Source: Eledone cirrhosa (lineage: Eukaryota). From it: DNA of 64,000 bases. The stretch lies in the NCBI GenBank assembly GCA_964016885.1, contig OZ024752.1:43462001-43526000 (forward strand), in the 5' to 3' direction. Shown here piece by piece: positions 28,501 through 38,800 of the stretch. The first letter of the stretch is position 1, and each line of letters opens with the position of its first letter. The notes under the pieces are model-generated. The model did no database searches and was not told where the DNA came from. It worked only from the letters and a program-made list of their open reading frames with translations. The position numbers and the translations under genes were made by a program.

Positions 28501-31500
28501 CTTGCAGAACTATGATAAACAGGAGTGAGCTAAGGACAGAACACTGATGAACACCTACTTACAAAATGAATTGCTTAAACTCATTGCCTACTCTCACCTT
28601 ACTAACAGCTCCTCTGTACATGGCTTGTATTGCTCTTACAAGCCATTCTTTTACACTTAGTTTCCTTAAGGAAAACCAGATGACAGGTTGAGGTACTCCA
28701 TCAAAAGTCTTCTCTAGATCAACAAAAACTAAATATAGCAGTATATTCTTAGCTAGGAATAATGTACATAAATGTTTCAGCTTGAACTATTATTGAAATC
28801 AATAGAAGTCATTTATTTATTTAACTTACCTGAATATGTTCTCTTTGTCTTTGAGTCAAATTTGGAGACTGTTTCAGGAGTCCAATATAATCTTGTGCAA
28901 AACCAATCACAGCTTCTGATATATCATCATCTTCATGACTGAGGAACCGCAATACAAGAGGGAGTTTTCTCTCAATAGCTTGTAAACAGGTTAATGCTGA
29001 ATTGATATCAGTTTTTAACATTCTGAAGAAAATAAATGAAAAACATCTGTTGAGTTACTTACATATGTAATACTAGTGTCATCATAATTGTTTTATGCCA
29101 GCTTTTCTATGTTGGCATAAGCAGTATGAAACTTTTTGAGGCTATATTCTACAGCTGGATGCCCTTCCTTACACTAAACCCATACATTATTTTTTTTTTA
29201 GTCGAGTTACGATTAGGGTATATACTGCTGATGAATATTCAACAGTGACACTGTAGGACATGTTTATAGGGTACATAAACATCATTTGCTATTTAACCCT
29301 TTAGCATTTACATTACATATTGTATTTAAGGTAAAGGCTTTATCTCACATAATATCGAATCTTTGAGATTTTTGATGTTATTTATTTTGAAAACAATACC
29401 TTAACATCAGTATGAGTGGCCAGTTATAGCTGGTTTGAACAGAAAGAGGTGAGACAATTCTGGCCGGATACAGCTGGTTTAAATGATAAAGGGTTAAGGT
29501 GTTGATACAAAAACATTCACAACTGATACAAAAACATTCACAACTGATATAATCACTCACATACAACACTTCCTTAGTTTCTAAAACCATGGATTAAATA
29601 ATTCAACAAATTTATTTTTCAGCATAAAGTGGTTAGTGTTAGGATTAGGGCATCCAACAGGCACATACAAACAAAACATGGTCCCACTGACCTATCTAGA
29701 AGGACAAAAAGAACTGATCTGGTCCGTAACTTGTTCGACCCATGCTACCATGGAAAGTAGACGTAAAATGATGATAAAAAGAATTATGATATTAAATATT
29801 ATATAGTAGAGCAACAGTATGTCTATTAAATATTATATAGTAGGGCAACAGTATGATATTAAATATTATATAGTAGGGCAACGTCTATTATAAAGACAAT
29901 GTTTGAAGGGAACAATAATTACAATATTTTTGTTGAGAAACATTTTTTCAAAATAAGTATAATTTATTTCAAATATTAAAAAATTTGGATATATAATAAA
30001 ATTTTGTTGTTAGTATGCTGGTGTTTGGAACAAAATTTAAATGGGCAATTTTAATCTAAATATGAACATATTAAAATGGTTGGTTTTATATGGGAACTTA
30101 GATAGGTTGGTATCAAAAGGCTCAAATGTCACAACATACTGAAAACACTCAGATCATCATCATCAGCATTTAATGCCTATTTCCCCTGCTAGGAAGGATA
30201 TATAAAACTAGCTGGCCCATGCCGTAAAAAATGACAGTTAATTTTAATGTCTATACATGCTCACTCACACAACTGTAATAAATTTTAGAACGCTGGACTT
30301 CTACAGTTTCTTACCCCCTCCTTCCTCAAATAGATGTGTGTGTAGGTCATAATTATTTTTTCAAAGTGTGTCTATTTATATATATGTTTGTAATTCTATT
30401 GCCTATGTATCTTTCTAAATAAACACACACATCATATATAAATATTATTTACACAAACACTCAATCATAATAGCCAGTGTGTGTAGCCAATTTGCTATAT
30501 ATATATAAGTATACACAGGTGTAATGGATGTTAGATGCTGCTTTCTGTAGTTTGTCATCACCCCTTACTTCCTCAGTCATCTCTAGTGCGTGACAAACAA
30601 ATACACTGGCTATATCGGTAGAGGGTTGGACGCTATGCTTTCCAGCATAGTTACGTCCCTTTACAATCCGAGTTCAAATCCCGCCAAGGTTGACTTTGCC
30701 TTTCATCCTTACGGAGTCGATAAAATAAAGTACCAGTAATACACTGGGTAATTTCTGGCCTTGTGCCTAAAGTCGAAACAATTATTATTATCATAAGGAT
30801 TATCAAAATACTTACTTTTGATAGCAAGAGAACAGATTTTGGCCCATTCCATTAACCAGCTTGGCAAGTTTAGCTATATAGTCCCCTTCTTCATCCTAGA
30901 GGATAACAAAATAGATTTACTTCACTAACATTATTTAAAACAGTAATATTCATTTACAGACATTACTGATAATGAACAGTTAACTGACATAACAAAAGCT
31001 AATGGTAGGGTGCAGTATTGATATGGAGAGGGTGATGGAATAAAGAAGTTGATGTTAACAGACATGATAGTTAAAGCAAGAGGGAGGGGAGTAGATGCTA
31101 GTAACAATATAAATACTACCAATAATAATAATACAGATAAAAAAATAAAAAAATCCTACCTCATTGGGACACATCACACCAGCACTGTTAAGAACAGTAG
31201 CAAATGATTCTATTAATTTGGTTTTTGCTACAGGTTCCATACCTTTTGATATGATTTCATAAATACAATCACAGGTACATTCTCTCAGTTGAGGTGAGTT
31301 CAAGAAGGTCAGCAGTGCAGTAACAAACTGCTCATTAGCAACAAGGTTAATATCTATCCAGGATATAAATTTGCCAACAACCTCCAAACACAGACATGCT
31401 ATATCTGGTTGGCTTGACTGGTATGTTGTCTAGACAAAGAGAAGAAAAATAAACATGAAAACAAGATAAAATCTTCTCCCACTTATTCCTGAGAGGGTTG

Positions 31501-34500
31501 TGGGTCTGTCAAAAGCAACCATCTCTAACTGATCCGGCTGGATCCCCAAGCGAGACCAGCCAAGCTCATGGATGTTATCCAACCATCAATGCTCAGGGCT
31601 ACCCCTGGGTCTCCTACCTGTTGGTTTTGCCCGTAAAATCTGTCCAGCAATTCTTTCCTGAGACATTCTAACCACATGCCCTATCTGGAGTGACAAGATT
31701 AAATGTCATCGTAATTCAACATCCATTCTCTCCACTGATCTCTCAAACAGGTTGGGGGACAGTATCTCACATGCCCACACTGTTGAGTGCACCGGGCTTA
31801 GTGGTACCAGCACTAAGGAGGTCTTATCTCACACCTTGATGACCCATCCAAACCAGGTAAGCATGGAAAACGGACTTAAAATGCTGATATAAGGGACAAA
31901 ATGAGTAACAAAAACAAGAGTTTTAAGGTTTATTTTTTTGCTAAAGCAGGTGTTAACTTTGCAGACCCCACAACAGACTTCATACTCATCAATGGGATCC
32001 ATTTTGAGGCAGAGATTGATGCCCTTCTTGGCACTAACCCCTTTATTTGCCTCTTATGACACAAATGAATATAAATAACATTGTCATTTCTTTCATCCAT
32101 TTTTCTATAATAGCATGGGTTAGACTGGATTTTTTTGAAGTGATGTATTAGAACTCTGCTTGGCATTTAAGCCTTTTAGTCGCTTCTTACAAGCAGGAAT
32201 ACAATGTAATTTATTTTGAAAACCAGAATACACATGGTATGTTAACAATAAAAACATTTAGCAGAGCCCACTCTGATGTGAGGATACTCCACCCTGCAAC
32301 ACACACATACACAAGTTTCAGTGGCTCGGACTAAGCTATAAATAAAAAATAAGTTATTTCACTAAATCCCTTTTAATTCAGTATTTTTAAAATCAATTGA
32401 CATACATAAACAATATATCTTAAAAGAAATAGGGCCATTTCACTGTTGAAGCAGGTGTTAGACTCATGACAGTCTTTATACTCAACATGGGATCTTTCTG
32501 GGATGATTTACACCTGGATATCATTCCTGGCACCAACAGTTTTAGTTGCATCTTACGACATGAAGAGATATGGTATTCTAAATAGAATGCATGGGCAATG
32601 TATCTCATAAATATGGTTACAAAAGAATTAAGAGCTTCTCCATAGGACTATAGATGTAGACGCAAGAGAAAAATAACAAAAATTCTGTCAAAATATATAG
32701 TTACCATAATCTGTAACCAGGAATCTACTAACTGATGAACACAATGTTCCCTCATAGCATCCTTTAAGTTGGTATTACGGTCAGCTTCCTGTAAATGGAG
32801 AATATTACCAAGTCTTTCAAAATTGTAAAATAATAATGCAATGATTTACAGAAGCATTCCCTCGAATACTAAGTAACTTTTCTGAAGTGGGCACAGTAAT
32901 AATGCAATGATTTAACCGGGCCGTATCCGTCCAGAATTCTCTTGCCTTTTTCAGTTCAAACCAGCTGTTCATACTTATGTTAAGGTATTGTTCTCAAAAT
33001 GAATATATCAAAATCTCAGATTCAATATTATGGAATTACCATGGAAATATAATAGTAAATATAGAATAATGTAAATGCTAAAGGGTTAAGAAGCATTTCA
33101 AGGTCATTTTCCGAGATACTGAGTACCTTTTCTGATTTAAAGCAATAACAAAATTAGAATGACATCAAATATGGATAACTTTCACACCAGATATACCACA
33201 AACCCTCAATATATTTGCTTAAGCTTGGAATTCATAGCAAACCACAAATGTAAACATAATTTTAGGTGGTAGATTCAATCTGCTGATCAGTTAATCACCA
33301 CCGTCTGGCCTAGGCGTTCAGACCAAGTTTCTGGTTTGATACCTTACTTCTTTCATCTTTCCACACTCACTGACACTGAATATGGTCACAGCATTCTTCT
33401 CTTTGACCAAACATCATCTTGTCTACTTTCTATGATCGCATGGATTGAAGAAGTACTTCACATTCATATGTTCTAAACTTTGGCATAGTTTTTACAACTG
33501 GATGCCTTTTCTAATATCAACCATTTTACAGAGTGTACTAGATGCATTTTATAATAAATAGTACCAGTACTAGTAAGGTTGTTATGGCTTTTACAAGACA
33601 AAAATGAATGGCTATGAATACAGCAACATGGCTGAATGATAATGCTTGTGAGAAACAAAACAAGGTTCCATTTCATGTTGGCTACTACTGAGATTTGATA
33701 TCCTCGGTCCCCAGTCTCCTCTGTATAATTAGGACAGGGACATCATGTTTAGAGAAGAAGCCTCATGAGATTTTGTGGCAACACTTTTGCCATCTTGTCC
33801 ATAGGACATGGCTGCTGCTACCCTGTTCAACAGAAGGGAGGGGCTTTTTTTAATGTATGTAATCAAACTCATCAAGGAGTCTTTTTTTTTTTAGGCAATG
33901 TTTTGTAGCCAGATCTTCCTGGTATCAACACTATAACAACATGCATAAATACAGTATCTATTCTAAACCAGATACAGTATTAATGTCTATCTAGTCTAGG
34001 AAGTAAAGGAAAAGGGAAGATCAAGAAAGGTGTGGCTAAGATGAGGGGTGACAAAGACCAGAAGGCTGGTGAGGGAGGATGTAGAGGATAGAACAAAATG
34101 GAGATGTTTGTGATTGAGTCTGCAAGGGACAATGACCTTAAAATGCTTCTGGATTATTTTTGTGTATATTGAAGACAAAAATGATAAAACACAAGCAATA
34201 TGCTGGAAAAAAAGTCAGTTCATATTTGTGAATACAAATGACCCCAACATTTAGGCCATTTTAGTCTTGTGAGCGTCCTGTTACACTTCTTACTCATCTC
34301 AAGATTTTTCTAAGGCAATGTTTTAGTCAGATGTTCTTCCTGCCACCCTTTTAGTCACCTCTTATGACATACAAACACAATGTACCTATTCTATACTGAA
34401 CACACAGATCAATTCATATTCTTGAAAAAATAAATAAATTATTGAGCACACATTAAAAAATAAATAAATTATTGAGCACACATTAAATATGAGAACGATA

Positions 34501-37500
34501 ACTTACATGATCAGAATGAATAATCTCACGATCAACAACATCACAATCAATAGCTGTGAGAATCCTCAGATACATTTCAATAGCTACATGGCCAAAAGAT
34601 GAAACTTGGAGAAGGTCAGAGAAATATGTTGGCCAGCGATGGGGGAAGTCATGAAGGAATGCAAGAGAGAAAAGCTGAGCAATCTTGTTCTTCAAAAAAG
34701 ACTTGTCTTTGGTAATGCTAGATGCCTAAAATAAAAGAAGCACACTTCAAGGACCCATTGTATAATCAAAACATTATTTCTTAATGTCCTGTACCACATT
34801 AGCAAGACTTTCTTAAAACAGCACTATGACTGCATCACATAAAAAATTGTACTAGTAACTGAACATATGGTTCTTGTATAAAATTGTTAGTTTTTATAAA
34901 CCCTTTAAAATAGGTAGTTTTCTTTAATGGAACCAGAGCCATTTTAGTCAGGTCAGTATCAAATAATACAATTTGCTCACTAGTAAAGATACAATAAACA
35001 CTTGAATTAAGATCATTTTAAAATGTTTCATAGTAAAACATTAAAAAGATATTAAGATAAGATGACCTACAAATGTTTCACCAGATAAGTAACACTCATA
35101 AAACAATAAAAAAAAGCACGTTAAATAATAAGAGGACACTGACCTGCATTTGAAGACATGTCATCAAGAACTCTCTCACTATCTGCTGATCCTCAGACCC
35201 GGCAGTTTGATACCTAAATATTAAGACAGCAGAGGAAATAATTCTTTAGACAAGGCAAAGATCTAAACTATAGCATTTGAATATTTTATCAATAAATATT
35301 CCAACCAGAACTATTTGTACCTAACTGATATTTGTCCTCAGTACCTGATCAAATTCCCTCCAACAACACCAGCACAAAAAGCCTCTCCATTGGTTTGGTC
35401 ATACACTCCATGTGGTGAACTCCTCAGTAATATAGTCATGCCAAAGCTCCTCCCAGGATAACATAGTTGGGGCAGCTGATAGTCCTGGGATATATGGTGC
35501 CCACAGCTGATATCTGCAATAGTCATGTATGAACAACCCCTGTTCATGATGCTGTGAATTCAATGGTTAGAGCCAGCTCAACCAATCATGGGTGAACACC
35601 AACATGTACAAGTGGCACTATAATGAACTTTAAAGAATTAACTGAACAAAGTTTTCAAGAAATCAAATAAATACCTTTGCTTAAGATATGACTCCAATAC
35701 TTGAAGGAAGAAGAATCTGGCATTATCACTGAAATATATAAATTTCAAATAAATCAACAAATTATTATAATCAGCATAAATTACAAATTGACTTTCTGTT
35801 ATTGGCAATAATATAGGAACTGTGTAGCTGATACATGCATTAATCCACAATGTGTTTAAAACTACAAAAACTTGATTGCTTTAATTTTATCCCCTTGAGT
35901 TAGGATCCTATCAAGGAGGGTTGAACAAACTTTTTCAAACCATTTCTTCGCTAGAAATCATAGGAATAGCTGTATGGGTCTGTGAAGCAATATATTTTAA
36001 TATTTGTAGGCTTTGTGTTATTAACTATACACAGTAGCCAAGAAAACAGTACAATATTCTGTTAGTAGTACACCATCCCTAGAGACTTCACCAATAACAC
36101 CCCAAACTATTTAACTGAAACTACATGTCTCTCATTAGAATTATATTACACTGCTGAACTAATTTATTCTGATAGCACACTAAAGAAGACATAGACACTA
36201 CTAATATTATTATCAAACTCTGAAAATACTGAATTGAAAGATAGCGAGTTTGGCTTTTATACCTACCTTCCTTCTTCTGATGACAATGCTGAGCTGGTGC
36301 ATTACTGCACCAGCTCCTGCAATACATGCACATAATTCAGCCTCCTGCTTGCCATCACTTGTGAAAACAGCCCACTCTACCTCATTCGATGGAACACGAC
36401 TCACATGTTGAGTACATTGTGCAAGTTTTATTGAGAAGACGAGTGTCTCAGTCATCGCAGCACTGATTTTCATTCCTGCTGTGCAGCACTCAGCAGCAAA
36501 CTTATTAAATGACAAGTAGTACCATGTCTGCAAATTCCAGCTGACTAATCCTACACCTGCCAATCCTGATACCACTTCCAACATGGCTGTGCATGCCAAT
36601 CCAGTTCAGGAAGATTACCAGGAGAGGTGATAGTATGCACCCTTGGCAGAGTCTGACACCAACACTGAATGGTTTTGAGTTAGTACCATTTATCCGATCA
36701 CAAATACTAGGGCATTTGTATAGACTTCAGGGCAACCAGAAGCTGTCCCTTGATCTCATATTCCTGCAGAACCTTCCACAACAGGGTCTTATGCCATTTC
36801 GAGGTCTCAGACAATAATACCACGTTCTCAAAGATCTTCCGCAATGTAAATATTTGGTTGACTGTGCTGCATCTGTGCCAAAAACCACACCGTTTAACAT
36901 CTAGCTTGGACTTAACAATATTCCTACATCTTTCTGCCAGACACTTAGCATAGAAATTACATAGACATAACAAGGAGGTCCTTCTATAATTATTCGTGCC
37001 AACTCTTACCCACTGTCATGAATCTTGGGTAATGACAAAGAATATGATTGCAAACAGAAGTGGCCAAAATGGGTTCCTCTGAAGGACCTTAGGAGTAACG
37101 TTATTCAGAGTGCGTAGCTCAGAGAGTCACTAATTCTCAGCATTCTAGTAGACAATGTGTGACTATATCCCACCATCCCAATATTCAGCTACACACACTT
37201 CTGTTTACTACAGATATTTACACTGATTTCTCCAAGAATCAGCAATCATTTTACTGTTACAGGATTACTCTCAAATCTCTATTTTTTTCAATATCAATTG
37301 ACTGATAAACATTTTTTCAATGATATTTGTGCAAAACACCTTGTTGGGATCCATATACATGGCAGGGGTCAGGCTACAATGTTGTAACTTTAATCCTTTA
37401 ACATTTACCTTACTCTATATTTACTATTGTATTTTCACAGTAAAGGCTTTCTCTAAAAAAAAATCTCACAATGTTGAATCTATGAGATTTTGATATTTAT

Positions 37501-38682
37501 TTTGAGAACAATACCTTAACATCAGTATGACCGATTTGAAAAGAAGGAAGTGAGAGAATTCTGGCTGGATACGGCTGATTTAAATGCTAAAGGGTTAAGT
37601 AATGTAAAAAGATTATAAATAATTCTACACACACTGACACTGAAATACTGACCTATTGTATTTGCCACAAGTAAAGGCAGTGATACACATTTTCCAACCA
37701 TCATCTGACCTCTTCAACAGTTCAAAGTAAGCCAATAGCTGAAATGGATAAGAAAACAAACATTAATAGAATAACAGCAGCAAAAATATTGATAAATATA
37801 TAGATTTACTATTAGCTCAAGCCATGCCAGGCTGAAAAGTGGGTGTAAAATGATGATGACACCATCCAATGTAAGGAAGATATTAACCATTTTTATACCA
37901 TATTTCTATTCAGTATCATAACTTTCTCATTAGGCTAGTGTTTAAAGCTTGAAAGTGCTTACATTAAATCATGATGTTTTAGATAAATATAAACTTTATA
38001 TGAAGGAAATCGAGGTACAGTTTCAGGCGGTATCAAAAGGATAATTATCAGATTTCCTGAAAGGATAGCATGTCAACAGACACAAGTCATGCTGTTTAGA
38101 ATGATTTCTTTCCTTACAGAGTGAAAACCCAGTGAGAGCCAATAATGTAAATAAACGAAATGATGAAATAACAAAAACCAACCTATTTAACACGGAATTA
38201 CAGCGAATAATTTAATGGTTGTAATCTTTTTGTTAAAAACTAAATGAAATTTGACTATATATAGGGCATAATTAATAATTTAATACCTCCTATAGTCAAA
38301 TACACGAATATGACAACTGAAATACAGACGTAAGAAGCAAAAGTTTATTTGTTATAAACAAAATCCTTCACATCTAGTGTGGCTCAGTTTTCCTAGAGAT
38401 GGCAACATGAATAGTTACTTTTCTTTAATTCCACCTCGCCCCGTCCCTTCAATTTTTCTAATTTCTCATTCATTCTTCCGATGAAGGACTAACATCTGAA
38501 ACGTTAAGACCCTCTTCCTGCTATTTCAAGCATTAAGCTAATATATTCCTTCCTGCTATTTCAAGCATTAAGCTAATATATTCCTTCCATATACTGTACC
38601 GATTGTGTTATTTGTTTACCTTTTACACACACACACATATATATATATATGGCTTTTTGCTACAATGTTTTCTATACCTTTC

Positions 38683-38732
<50 letters not shown>

Positions 38733-38768
38733 ACATATATAGTTGTACAAGTCAAACTAGTGTGTGTG

Positions 38769-38800
<32 letters not shown>

